This document shows, piece after piece, positions 1 to 9,632 of a stretch of 64,000 nucleotides of DNA. The notes under the pieces were generated by a model. It was not told where the DNA came from and searched no databases. It saw only the letters and a list, made by a program, of their open reading frames with translations. The position numbers and the translations under genes were made by a program. This DNA is from Spirochaetia bacterium (GTDB lineage Bacteria; Spirochaetota; Spirochaetia; WTKD01; G963693115): NCBI GenBank assembly GCA_965226055.1, contig CBDDCA010000005.1:480001-544000 (forward strand), written 5' to 3'. Numbering within the stretch: position 1 is the stretch's first letter; each line of letters starts with the position of its first letter.

Positions 1-1221
1 AGTATTCATAATCTGATTACTCACTGCAAAGGTAGCTTGCTGTACTTGTTGTAACTCTTTTAGGCGTACAATAATATCTGAAAAATCAATGGCTAACTCT
101 TCATTTATTTGAGCACTAATGTTTATAGTATCGTTTCTATCCATTTTTTCAAATACAATGTCTAAACGTTCTGAAACAGCTCCTACTTTTGCAAGATTTT
201 CAAGGGTTGATTCAAGCGCTCTGTCAATAGCTCCCAAAATCTTCCCTCCGACTAATTCATGATTACCATTAAAGAGTGCATCTCGCAACTCAATAATACT
301 TGCAAATACAGTTTCTTCATACGAGCTTGCTGAAGGAGCTACATTATTAGGAGGGCTGTTATCGGTTGTTATCCCTATATCTTGTAAAAAAGTACCTGCA
401 ACATCCTTAAGCCATAACTGTTCATTATTTGATCCTTCTATTACCAACTCTCCTGTAATGGGAGCACGTGATGCCCTAATCATAGCATCGGAATTATTTA
501 TCTTTTCAATAATGCTATTTATAGTATCTCCTTGTGATAACGCTATTTCTTCGCCATTTGCATACATAACAGAATCTTCTTGCAAGATAAAATTACCCAC
601 ATCTTGATTACTATATATACGCGGATTGCCTGTCCACATAAGTCTGCTTCCTGCCACTCCATTACTTATGGTATTGTTGTCTGATATTCTCACTTGTACA
701 GCAGTATCAGAACCAAGATACTCGACCGATGAAATTAAAGCTCTTCCTTTATCGGTAATGTTGGTACGTAATGCGTAAAAAGGAGGACGTGATGTTTTTG
801 TTCCTCCAAACATATAGTTTCCATCTGAATCTTGCTGATTTGCTGCCTGATATAACGCTTCTATAATTTCATTTACTTCGACTGCCATGTTATGCGTATC
901 AAAATCGTCAAAGGTTCCATTTGCTCCTTGTACTGCTAACTCCCGAACACGTTGCAGCAAGGTAACCATTTGCTGCATAGTTCCTTCGCTTAACTGTAGA
1001 TCATCATATACACGGCGATTATGGGTAATAAATACTTTTGTACGTGTCAGCTGCGATTCATATCGACTTCCTAATGCGGCAGAAACAGGATCTTGTCGTA
1101 GTTTTTGAACTCTTTTCTGAGAATTTAACTGATTGTTATAGGTTATCGTTTCGCTTTTTTGATCATGGATGGCTGTACGTATGTTACTATGTGTTTGATA
1201 AAATCCTATTCTTCCTACCAT
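1..1221 (-). CDS. flgL: Flagellar hook-associated protein 3 (3' end truncated by window edge)
   Basis: Not in the ORF track because it is open to the edge. Manual translation from ATG 1221 (SD GGAG upstream) gives MVGRIGFYQTHSNI...QKLRQDPVSAA...VRELAVQGANG...YMFGGTKTS..., a flagellin-like N-terminus. Lies directly downstream of flgK. Confidence 0.9.
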   Translation of the reverse strand, partial: MVGRIGFYQTHSNIRTAIHDQKSETITYNNQLNSQKRVQKLRQDPVSAALGSRYESQLTRTKVFITHNRRVYDDLQLSEGTMQQMVTLLQRVRELAVQGANGTFDDFDTHNMAVEVNEIIEALYQAANQQDSDGNYMFGGTKTSRPPFYALRTNITDKGRALISSVEYLGSDTAVQVRISDNNTISNGVAGSRLMWTGNPRIYSNQDVGNFILQEDSVMYANGEEIALSQGDTINSIIEKINNSDAMIRASRAPITGELVIEGSNNEQLWLKDVAGTFLQDIGITTDNSPPNNVAPSASSYEETVFASIIELRDALFNGNHELVGGKILGAIDRALESTLENLAKVGAVSERLDIVFEKMDRNDTINISAQINEELAIDFSDIIVRLKELQQVQQATFAVSNQIMNT

Positions 1222-1247
1222 ATTGTTACTCCTTATTTCATTTCATT

Positions 1248-3131
1248 TTAAATTGCTAATAACGCTTCATATATTCTATCAAGGTTAGATAAAAATTTTG
1301 CTACTCCTTGATATGCAGTTTGAAATTTTACAAGATTTTGTAGCTCCTCGTCTAAGTCAACTCCACTTACCTCACTTTGCCGTGCCTGTAAATCTTGTAA
1401 AATACGTGCTTGTGTTTTTGATAATACTTCTGCTTCTTGTCCTTTTGCTCCTATGAGGGCTATACTATGTGAAAAGAAATTATCGTAAGACTCTACATTA
1501 CTAAGCCCTAGCTGTTTTGTACGTAATGCTGCAATGTCAAGTGCTGCTCTATTATCACCACTATCCAGCTGATCATTGATATTAGGGTATGCTGTAGCTA
1601 CACGCCTCACATCATTTGCAATGGCTGGATTTAGCTCTAAAGAGCTTGCTGGATTAAGAAAAGGAGCTACCGAAACATTATCAGGACTTTGTAACGCATC
1701 AACTGCATTTGCAGTTTGCCAACTAAATGATCCTGCTGCCCCTGATTGTAATAGCATCCCAGAATACCCTACTAAAAACTGCCCACTATCTTCTAAATAA
1801 CGAATTACAAAATCAACATTTGCCTTATCATTTGCAGCGGTAGCTTCAAAGCTTAGCTGTCCTTGTGTATTGAGTGACGCTACTACTTCGGCTCCACTTG
1901 TATTGATGCGAGTAATAATATCTTCCACTGTGTCAGTGCCATTATATGGGATCTGTATAGTACTTTCTCCTTCTCTGCCTGATACAGTTAAAACACCAGA
2001 AAAACCAACTTGCTGATTTAATGCTAGTGTATTAGTACCCACAACACTGTAAATACGTGATTGATCAAATGTACCGTCTAAATCAACATCATAGTTTCCT
2101 AGTGCATTAAGAACAGTAGGTCTTTCAGTAAAAAAATTCAATCCTGTTTCATTTGTTAAACTTATTCCTTGTCTATGAATTTCATTTGTATTATGAATTA
2201 AAGAAATAGCAAATGTATTAAGAGTTTGTATTTCTTGGCGAACATCATCATCGCGTAATTGTAGCAAAGCAGAGAGTTTTCCTCCACTTCTATCGACTAA
2301 GTCGCCACTGTCTTGCCAGTACACTTGATACTCTACCCCTGTACCTATCCCTGTGGTATTTTCACTAAAGGAAAAAGAACGTGCTTTTTTTCCTTGCACC
2401 AATATTTTGCCGTTTGTGTGTACCATAAACTCATCAGAATCTTTATTGCTTGTTGTTATATTTACTAAGCCCCCTAATTCTTGTAAAAACATATCTCGCC
2501 TATCAAGAAGATCATTTGGCTCTATTTGAAGAGATCTTGCTTGTTGGATAGAAGAGTTAAGCGTTGCTATTTCTTTTGCAAGCTCATTTATTTTTGATAC
2601 AGTAAAGTCTATTTCAACATGCAATGCATCTTGTACTGCATCAAGTTGTTGTGACCGTTCACGTATCATAGCGGTAAGAGTTTGTGTTCTTTCTACTAAT
2701 TGTAAACGCACTGACATTTCCTGAGGATAGAGAGATAATTCTTCCCACGATGACCAGTATCTATCAAACGCTCCACGCAAAGAACTGTTATTGTCTACCT
2801 CATTTTGAATATCTTCAAGTCTTCCTATATACTTACTGCGTGTATCCCAAAACCCTTGTTTATGACTTTGTGCTATAATTTGTTCTTCTATCTGTAAATC
2901 TTTCTGACGACGTATTGACTGTATATTTACCCCTTGCCCTATTTGCCCTGCAAGCTCTGCTCGAGTTGCTCCAGGCATATACCGTGGCACTTCACTTGCA
3001 AGCGTTACTCGTTGACGAGAGTAACCTGGAGTATTAATATTACTAAGATTATGTCCTGTTGTTCTTAATTGCTGGGCATGAGCTAAAATCCCACGTCTTG
3101 CAATTTCCACTCCGCTAAATGTAGATTGCAT
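1248..3131 (-). CDS. flgK: Flagellar hook-associated protein 1
   Basis: N-terminal TGHNLSNINTPGYSRQRV, internal PNDLLDRRD, C-terminal VSGVDLDEELQNLVKFQTAY; SD AGGAGG. Confidence 0.96.
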   Translation of the reverse strand: MQSTFSGVEIARRGILAHAQQLRTTGHNLSNINTPGYSRQRVTLASEVPRYMPGATRAELAGQIGQGVNIQSIRRQKDLQIEEQIIAQSHKQGFWDTRSKYIGRLEDIQNEVDNNSSLRGAFDRYWSSWEELSLYPQEMSVRLQLVERTQTLTAMIRERSQQLDAVQDALHVEIDFTVSKINELAKEIATLNSSIQQARSLQIEPNDLLDRRDMFLQELGGLVNITTSNKDSDEFMVHTNGKILVQGKKARSFSFSENTTGIGTGVEYQVYWQDSGDLVDRSGGKLSALLQLRDDDVRQEIQTLNTFAISLIHNTNEIHRQGISLTNETGLNFFTERPTVLNALGNYDVDLDGTFDQSRIYSVVGTNTLALNQQVGFSGVLTVSGREGESTIQIPYNGTDTVEDIITRINTSGAEVVASLNTQGQLSFEATAANDKANVDFVIRYLEDSGQFLVGYSGMLLQSGAAGSFSWQTANAVDALQSPDNVSVAPFLNPASSLELNPAIANDVRRVATAYPNINDQLDSGDNRAALDIAALRTKQLGLSNVESYDNFFSHSIALIGAKGQEAEVLSKTQARILQDLQARQSEVSGVDLDEELQNLVKFQTAYQGVAKFLSNLDRIYEALLAI

Positions 3132-3146
3132 AATCTCCTCCTTGAG

Positions 3147-3662
3147 TTAAGCATTTTTACACACCAATAAACCACTAGTATCACCATTCTTTTTATCTTG
3201 TACATGATACTTTTTGTTCGTATATAATTCTTCATATACTCTATCAAAAAAATCTCGATACTCTGTAATTTTATGTTCATAGTATGTTTCTATCCCAGAA
3301 GCAATACTTTTGATTTCTTCATACAAATGAATACATTTTTGGGCAATAGCAACAATATCAATGCTACACTGTATTCCTACTCTTTTTGATATATCAGTAA
3401 TAGACATTACTGAATTTTCTATAGAGACAGTGTCATCACTATTTTGCAATAAAGATTCACTTATTTTTTTCTGAGTTGCATGTAACTGTTGCCGAGCATG
3501 AGCAATATGCTCACTACACATACTACTCTGTAGAGACTTGGTTATATCTTCTCCTGCTATCATAGAAGAAAATAATATACTATACTCTTTTTTCGATTTT
3601 TTTAATGTATCATAAAGAAGCTGAAGTTCTTGCTCAAATTTTTGTAAAAGTATTACATACAT
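3147..3662 (-). CDS. Hypothetical helical protein, possible FlgN-like export chaperone
   Basis: 171-aa helical ORF immediately upstream of and co-oriented with flgK, the usual flgN position; function inferred from synteny only. Confidence 0.45.
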   Translation of the reverse strand: MYVILLQKFEQELQLLYDTLKKSKKEYSILFSSMIAGEDITKSLQSSMCSEHIAHARQQLHATQKKISESLLQNSDDTVSIENSVMSITDISKRVGIQCSIDIVAIAQKCIHLYEEIKSIASGIETYYEHKITEYRDFFDRVYEELYTNKKYHVQDKKNGDTSGLLVCKNA

Positions 3663-3669
3663 ACTCTCT

Positions 3670-3696
3670 TTATCGGAAAGAGAGAAAATAACAATA
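3670..3696 (-). promoter_or_regulatory. Possible sigma28 (FliA)-type promoter of the flgN-like/flgK/flgL unit
   Basis: -10-like TCCGATAA (3670-3677); the -35 position 15 nt upstream is weak (TATT instead of TAAA). Confidence 0.45.
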
Positions 3697-3728
3697 GTTT
3701 TTTTTATATATTACAATGAATAATGTAT

Positions 3729-4139
3729 CTATAAAAGTAGGAGTGTAGGAAAAATTGCATGTAATATACCGAATACAAGCATAAGTAGTCCAATAATAGC
3801 TATATTTGTTTTAATAAATTCTTGAATCCACTTAAAAAACTTATTTTGCCCTTTATATTCCATGTTTGCTTTACTGGATATCAGTGCTATCCCCCCAATA
3901 ATAGACAAGAATGCAGGAATGATGTCTCCAACAACAGGAGTATCAAGAGGTTTAATAATTGAAATAATACCAAAAATAAGAGTAATACTCCCTATAATAA
4001 GCCCGAGCGGCTTATGCGAAATAAATTTTTCAGTTACAATCTTATCTAGTTTAATAAACGCACCAAAGCGTTCATACGATAAAAATACTCCGCATAATAG
4101 TAAAAATACTGTTGAAAAAAAGAAAATTTGATAATCCAT
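3729..4139 (-). CDS. Hypothetical membrane protein (about 4 TM segments)
   Basis: 136-aa hydrophobic ORF with SD GAGG. Confidence 0.75.
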   Translation of the reverse strand: MDYQIFFFSTVFLLLCGVFLSYERFGAFIKLDKIVTEKFISHKPLGLIIGSITLIFGIISIIKPLDTPVVGDIIPAFLSIIGGIALISSKANMEYKGQNKFFKWIQEFIKTNIAIIGLLMLVFGILHAIFPTLLLL

Positions 4140-4223
4140 ATTGTTACCTCAATCTAATTACTGATTTTATTCTTTATTGTAGTATATTATTATAAATAAT
4201 ACAAGTAGAGTATCACTATTTTT

Positions 4224-4536
4224 TGTACTTTTACCATCTCATGTACCCCCCAAAATCCATGATAGCAGTTATACTATAATAGAAATAACAAGAAAAATAA
4301 AAAAAGGAGGAGAGTAAATGACATACTCTAAACTCTATAATACAAGAAATCAACCAGAACTGCATAGCATGCGATTAGCTATAGCACTCTCTGCAAAAAA
4401 ACACGGAATAAAAAGCACTGCTCGTACATTTCATGTATCTCGTAATACAGTACGAAAATGGTTTCAAAGATACAAAGAGAATCCTACAGCTATGTTCTAT
4501 GATAGACGTCCAACTTCAGTAAATAGTAAAACTCCA
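4224..4536 (+). mobile_element. Internally deleted IS481-type derivative (313 bp)
   Basis: Starts TGTACTTTTACCATC like the left end at 48409 and encodes the transposase N-terminus (4318 onward). It then jumps directly to AATAGTAAAACTCCA, the last bases of the right end at 49623. Confidence 0.9.
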
Positions 4537-4548
4537 AATCACAGCTAA
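4318..4548 (+). pseudogene. Truncated transposase (HTH only)
   Basis: Highly similar to the first ~67 aa of 48506..49585; DDE domain missing. Confidence 0.9.
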
Positions 4549-4557
4549 TAGTTGGAG

Positions 4558-4586
4558 TTGACATGTGTAACCATCTGTATTACAAT
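4558..4586 (+). promoter_or_regulatory. Sigma70 promoter of infC
   Basis: TTGACA-17 nt-TACAAT, followed by SD AGGAG. Confidence 0.85.
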
Positions 4587-4615
4587 ATGAGTATGTTTAG
4601 GAGAAATTTTTTCGT

Positions 4616-5173
4616 TTGAAGCATCAAAAGACACGAATTAATTCCGATATACGATCGGACACTGTTTTACTAATTGAAGAAAATGGTGCTTCCCTTGGGG
4701 TTATCCCTATTGAACAAGCATTATCCATTGCAAGAGATAGACAACTAGATTTAGTAGAGGTTGCTAAAAATGCAAACCCTCCCGTCTGTAAAGTACTTGA
4801 TTTCGGTAAATATAAATACGAGCTCAATAAAAGACAAAAAACAATCAATAAAAACAAGAAAAAACAGACACAAAAAGAAATTCGTATGCAGCCTAAAATA
4901 AGCGATCATGATCTTAATTTCAAGGTACGTCATATTGATCAGTTTCTTAATGAAGGAAACAAAGTAAAAGTAGCTATTCGCTTTCGAGGACGTGAATTAG
5001 CATACACTCAAATTGGAAATGGTATACTCAATCAAATTAGAGAAATGCTAACCTGTACTTTTGTTACTGATAAAGAACCCTCTATGGAAGGAAATTTTAT
5101 GACTATGCTACTATCCCCTAGTAGCAAATCAGGAAACAAACAAGCTACACAAAGTACTGATAGCAATAAATAA
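4616..5173 (+). CDS. infC: Translation initiation factor IF-3
   Basis: RIN..IR, LDLVEVAKNANPPVCKVLDFGKYKYE, KEIRM.PKI..HD, GNKVKV.IRFRGRE; TTG start. Confidence 0.97.
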   Translation: MKHQKTRINSDIRSDTVLLIEENGASLGVIPIEQALSIARDRQLDLVEVAKNANPPVCKVLDFGKYKYELNKRQKTINKNKKKQTQKEIRMQPKISDHDLNFKVRHIDQFLNEGNKVKVAIRFRGRELAYTQIGNGILNQIREMLTCTFVTDKEPSMEGNFMTMLLSPSSKSGNKQATQSTDSNK

Positions 5174-5197
5174 CAGTATTTATTACTATCGTATATA

Positions 5198-6502
5198 TTA
5201 ATCGGTCCCTAAGGAAAAAAAGTTCCTAAGAGATTTACCCATCTTACTTATCCATGTCCATTTACTTGATTGTCTTTCTCTATTTTTAGAAAAAGACTTT
5301 TCTGAAATAGGAAAATATCCTTCTCTGTTTGCTTTATTTTGATAATAGCGTTGAAACCCATTTACACATAAACCAATAGCTACTCCATAGTTAGGACTAC
5401 GATATGTCTGAATTGGTCCTCCCCAATTACTTGGCTGAGCAAGACGTACCCTAGTGTGCATACGCAACTCTACTAATGAAGTAATGCCTCGCAAACGAGC
5501 TCCTCCTCCTGTAATAACTACTGGATATGCTTCTATTTTCTCTTTTAATTGTAACATTTGATATGCAAGCACAAATATATCTAGCATCCTTGCATAAGAA
5601 ATTCGATATATCAGTTCTGTATCAATCAACTTTGATGCTCCATCTTCAGTTCGTACTTCTTCATGATTGTTTAGTTCAGACAGATACATACGATCTAAAC
5701 AGGAATAATTTTGCACTATTTGCCTTGCTAAAGTCATACTTATGTTTAGCTCATTTTGTATATCTTTACTAATATCATCAATACCGTAGGGTACGACTAT
5801 CACTGCTTTAGGACTACCATGTTCATACCATGCTGCAGAGACACTTTGTGCTCCAATATCAAATAATACCACCCCTTGCTCTTTTTCATCTTCAGTTAGC
5901 ATATGTTCACTTGCAGCAAGTGACGCAACACAGAGAGAATCTAAATTAAGAGTAAGGGTATTTATACATCGTTTATACTTATTGATTTCTTCTATAGCAG
6001 TGCTTATGAGTAACAGCTCAGCTTCTACACTTGTGCCTATACACCCTATAGGATTTCGTTGTACATAACGACCATCTACTGTATACTGACGCAATATTGC
6101 ATCAATGTACTCGCGACCGTCTTCAATAGAGGCATTGCTTGCCATCAAACGTGCAGTAAGCAAGTCTTTATCGTTTACTTCTCTTTTTCTTCTGCTAAAA
6201 GGATTCTTTACTCTGTTGATTTTTGATTGAATAAATCTATTCTTCATGGCAAAAGTAGTAAATACATATTGATCATCTAATGAAGATATATGAGAACGTA
6301 TAGTTTCATTTAACACAGATGCCAGTTTATCAGCATCTACTATAGATCCTTTCTCTACTAATCCTTGTGTAAAACAGGAAAAAGACTCCAAAATTTCTAG
6401 GGTTTGTGCCTCTAAAGATTGTATTCGAGAAAGAACTATTTTTGTTTCAAAACTTCCTATATCAACACCAAGAAAATACTCATAGCTTTGCATTTTAGCC
6501 AT
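5198..6502 (-). CDS. ftsA: Cell division protein FtsA
   Basis: GVDIGSFETK, LTEDEKEQGVVLFDIGA and VVITGGGARLRG motifs; follows ftsQ. Confidence 0.93.
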   Translation of the reverse strand: MAKMQSYEYFLGVDIGSFETKIVLSRIQSLEAQTLEILESFSCFTQGLVEKGSIVDADKLASVLNETIRSHISSLDDQYVFTTFAMKNRFIQSKINRVKNPFSRRKREVNDKDLLTARLMASNASIEDGREYIDAILRQYTVDGRYVQRNPIGCIGTSVEAELLLISTAIEEINKYKRCINTLTLNLDSLCVASLAASEHMLTEDEKEQGVVLFDIGAQSVSAAWYEHGSPKAVIVVPYGIDDISKDIQNELNISMTLARQIVQNYSCLDRMYLSELNNHEEVRTEDGASKLIDTELIYRISYARMLDIFVLAYQMLQLKEKIEAYPVVITGGGARLRGITSLVELRMHTRVRLAQPSNWGGPIQTYRSPNYGVAIGLCVNGFQRYYQNKANREGYFPISEKSFSKNRERQSSKWTWISKMGKSLRNFFSLGTD

Positions 6503-7262
6503 CTTTTTCCAATCTCCCTACTATACTCCCTTCAATTATTTCAAAAGAGATAAATCGCTGTACTTTCGCTATATTTGCTACTTTGCTTAAAAAATAATAC
6601 ATTTTTCTCAACATATCTGCATCAAAGTGTAGATCACTTGTAATATATTGGGCATAATCAGTAAAATGAATATCAACTAATGTAAGAGTATCTTCTCGTT
6701 TGATAGCAAACTCAGATACTTTTGTAAACAACGATGGATTATCTTTTTTTATTATATCAATTTGCTGTATAAATGATAAAAGCCATGAAGGGAGTACTAC
6801 CCCTGGCGTAGGATTTTTAATAACGACTCCCGAAAGGATAGGAACATCTACTATGCCATTTTGCACCCCTACCTGAATACACTTCCCTTCCCTATCAAAA
6901 TAGGAAGGGGTTGTTTTGTTGTCAACAGTAGCTAAGATACTCACAATAGGCCTTGCACGCGTGAGAGTAATAACTAATGTTGAAAATAGCGTTTTCTTTA
7001 CTTTTGCAGTATAAATAAGCGGGCTTGCTTCTAATGCGAGTACTATATTTTTCTTATTTATATCTATATATTTCTGTGGTAATTGTAAGTCAGTAATGTT
7101 TTGTATATCTTCTGTGGATAACTCTATATCTCCTTCTACATACATTTTAGTAATTTTTTGATTATATATATATACTAACAATAGTATACTGAGAACAACA
7201 ATAATACAAAGTAGTACTACAAATCGTTTTGCTATCGGATATTTTTTCTGTATATGTGTCAT
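6495..7262 (-). CDS. ftsQ: Cell division protein FtsQ/DivIB
   Basis: Single N-terminal TM followed by a POTRA-like region; located between ftsW and ftsA. Confidence 0.8.
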   Translation of the reverse strand: MTHIQKKYPIAKRFVVLLCIIVVLSILLLVYIYNQKITKMYVEGDIELSTEDIQNITDLQLPQKYIDINKKNIVLALEASPLIYTAKVKKTLFSTLVITLTRARPIVSILATVDNKTTPSYFDREGKCIQVGVQNGIVDVPILSGVVIKNPTPGVVLPSWLLSFIQQIDIIKKDNPSLFTKVSEFAIKREDTLTLVDIHFTDYAQYITSDLHFDADMLRKMYYFLSKVANIAKVQRFISFEIIEGSIVGRLEKDG

Positions 7263-8509
7263 AGCGCTGTATTCTCCTGTAAAGTACTAGTACTGCTATC
7301 TGCTATTTTTGCTGCTTTCAGTAAAAAAGCATAGGTTACAAGGGTAGTGATTAACGAAGTTCCTCCCGAAGAAAAGAAAGGCAGATTAAGTCCTGCAGTG
7401 GGCACAAATCCTAATACTACCATTATATGACCTAATGCTGATATCACAAGATTAAAAAGACATCCTATACTTACATAATAATAGAATTTATTACACTCAA
7501 AAAGTATATTACATATCTTTAAGCAATAATAGCACAACATTAAATAGAGACCAATGACAATACCTACTCCTAAAATACCAAACTCATGTAATATGATTGA
7601 AAATACAAAATCATTATTAAAGTAAGGCAATATCAAAACATCTAACATGGAACTTCCTAAGCCATTCCCTAAAATACCTCCTTTGCGAATTAAGTCATAC
7701 GATTGCTCTACTTGAAAATTTATACCTTGTGCATCAGAATTAGGATTGAAATAGGAAAAAATGCGTAATGATCTAGTTTTATCATTAAAAACAAGAAAAA
7801 TGAACAATATAATAATACCTAAAAGTATCGATACCTTCCATCGTTTATGAATATCAGAAACAAATATGAGAGCTGATACTATTGAAAAAAATATGAGCAA
7901 AGAGGAAAAGTCTCCTTGTAAATAGAGTCCTCCCCCATACATCACTATTGCATACATAAACAGCAAAAATAGCTTTCTTGTACTACGACTTCGTTGTATT
8001 GTATCCATAGTGTGTACAATAGTATTGTATTGTGAAAGTAAATATGCCATATACAGAATAAGCACTATGCGTACAAAATCACCAGTTTGAATTGATACTC
8101 CCGCAACACGTATCCATCGTTTTACTCCATTTATTTCAGGAGCAAAAAAATAGGTATACACCATAGCAAGCAATGCCACCACTGACACAAAAGGAATGCT
8201 GTTTTTTATCTTTTTTGTAGATATCTTTTGTATCCATATAAGCCCTATAATGCCAAGAATTGCTGCAATAAGCTGTTTTGAAAATAAAGTCAATATGCCT
8301 ACTGTTGGATAATCATATGCTCCTCCAACATTTCTTCCATTTTGAATAGAAAAACTATACGAAACAGAAAATGATAATGCAAGCCCTACTCCAAGAAATA
8401 TAATAAGCATGAGTTGAAATTTTTGTGCGTATATTCCATTTTGTATCGACATCATACTGTTGTCTTGCTGTGAAGAATAATGCTGTACTTTATTATCGTT
8501 ATATATCAT
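7259..8509 (-). CDS. ftsW: SEDS family peptidoglycan polymerase FtsW
   Basis: NGVKRWI, GGILGNGLG, NDFVFSIILHEFG and GLNLPFFSSGGTS motifs; dcw position. Confidence 0.92.
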   Translation of the reverse strand: MIYNDNKVQHYSSQQDNSMMSIQNGIYAQKFQLMLIIFLGVGLALSFSVSYSFSIQNGRNVGGAYDYPTVGILTLFSKQLIAAILGIIGLIWIQKISTKKIKNSIPFVSVVALLAMVYTYFFAPEINGVKRWIRVAGVSIQTGDFVRIVLILYMAYLLSQYNTIVHTMDTIQRSRSTRKLFLLFMYAIVMYGGGLYLQGDFSSLLIFFSIVSALIFVSDIHKRWKVSILLGIIILFIFLVFNDKTRSLRIFSYFNPNSDAQGINFQVEQSYDLIRKGGILGNGLGSSMLDVLILPYFNNDFVFSIILHEFGILGVGIVIGLYLMLCYYCLKICNILFECNKFYYYVSIGCLFNLVISALGHIMVVLGFVPTAGLNLPFFSSGGTSLITTLVTYAFLLKAAKIADSSTSTLQENTAL

Positions 8510-8527
8510 AGTTGCCTTATATGGTAT

Positions 8528-9607
8528 TTACCGTATTTTGAGTGTTGATAATGCTATTATTAAAAAAATTGTTCCTAATATCCAAAAGCGTACTACTATT
8601 TTACTTTCAGACCAACCACTAAGTTCAAAATGATGATGAAGTGGAGCCATCTTAAACACTCGTTTTTTTCTCAGTTTATAGCTTAGCACTTGTATTATGA
8701 CCGAAGTTGTTTCAATGACAAGCACCCCACCAAGTAATAATAATAATAATTCTTGTTTGATCACAATTACAATCAGACTTATGAGTCCTCCTAATACTAA
8801 ACTTCCTGTATCTCCCATAATAATAGATGCAGGATATGCATTATGCCATAAAAACCCTAGCATTGCTCCAATGATAGCGAGACTTACGATAGTAAATTCA
8901 CCAGCATGCTCTACAAAATGAACTTGCAAATATTCGGAATAATCTACACGCCCTATCACATAAGAAAGCACTGCTAATCCAACTGTTATAAATATGACTA
9001 CCCCTGCAGCTAACCCGTCCAATCCATCAGTAATATTAACCGAATTACTTGTACTAATAATTATCAAGACTACAAAAGGAATATAGAAATACCCTATATT
9101 TACATATATGTCCTTAAAGAAAGGAAAATAAACATAGCTGTTTTCTTTTCCACTCACTAACAACAGTACTATTGCTGTTACTATCCCTATACATATTTGT
9201 CCTACCAGTTTTGTTATTGCTTGTAGCCCTCTTTTTTTTGTTACTGTTAGCTTAAGATAATCATCAATGAACCCAAGTATGCCAAAACAGACAAGAACAA
9301 ACAAAGTAAGCCATGTATAAGGCAACGCAACATCCATCCATAAAAGAACACTCATACCTATTGCAATATTAATTGCTACTCCTCCCAAAGTGGGAGTACC
9401 TTTTTTCTTTTTATGTGTTTCAGGGCCATCACTTCGAATTACCTCACCAAAATGATATTTTCTTTGTAAAGAAATAAGAAAACGAGACAATACTGTACAC
9501 AATATAAATGCAGTAATGGCTGCATACGCAGAACGGAATGTTATATATTGAAATATATTAAAAAAAGAAACATTTTCAAATAAAGGAAACAATAATATTT
9601 TTATCAA
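8528..9607 (-). CDS. mraY: Phospho-N-acetylmuramoyl-pentapeptide transferase
   Basis: KKGTPTLGG, GFIDDY, NSVNITDGLDGLA, MGDTGSL, APLHHHFE. Confidence 0.97.
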   Translation of the reverse strand: MIKILLFPLFENVSFFNIFQYITFRSAYAAITAFILCTVLSRFLISLQRKYHFGEVIRSDGPETHKKKKGTPTLGGVAINIAIGMSVLLWMDVALPYTWLTLFVLVCFGILGFIDDYLKLTVTKKRGLQAITKLVGQICIGIVTAIVLLLVSGKENSYVYFPFFKDIYVNIGYFYIPFVVLIIISTSNSVNITDGLDGLAAGVVIFITVGLAVLSYVIGRVDYSEYLQVHFVEHAGEFTIVSLAIIGAMLGFLWHNAYPASIIMGDTGSLVLGGLISLIVIVIKQELLLLLLGGVLVIETTSVIIQVLSYKLRKKRVFKMAPLHHHFELSGWSESKIVVRFWILGTIFLIIALSTLKIR

Positions 9608-9632
9608 AATAACTCCTTAATATGCTACACAG

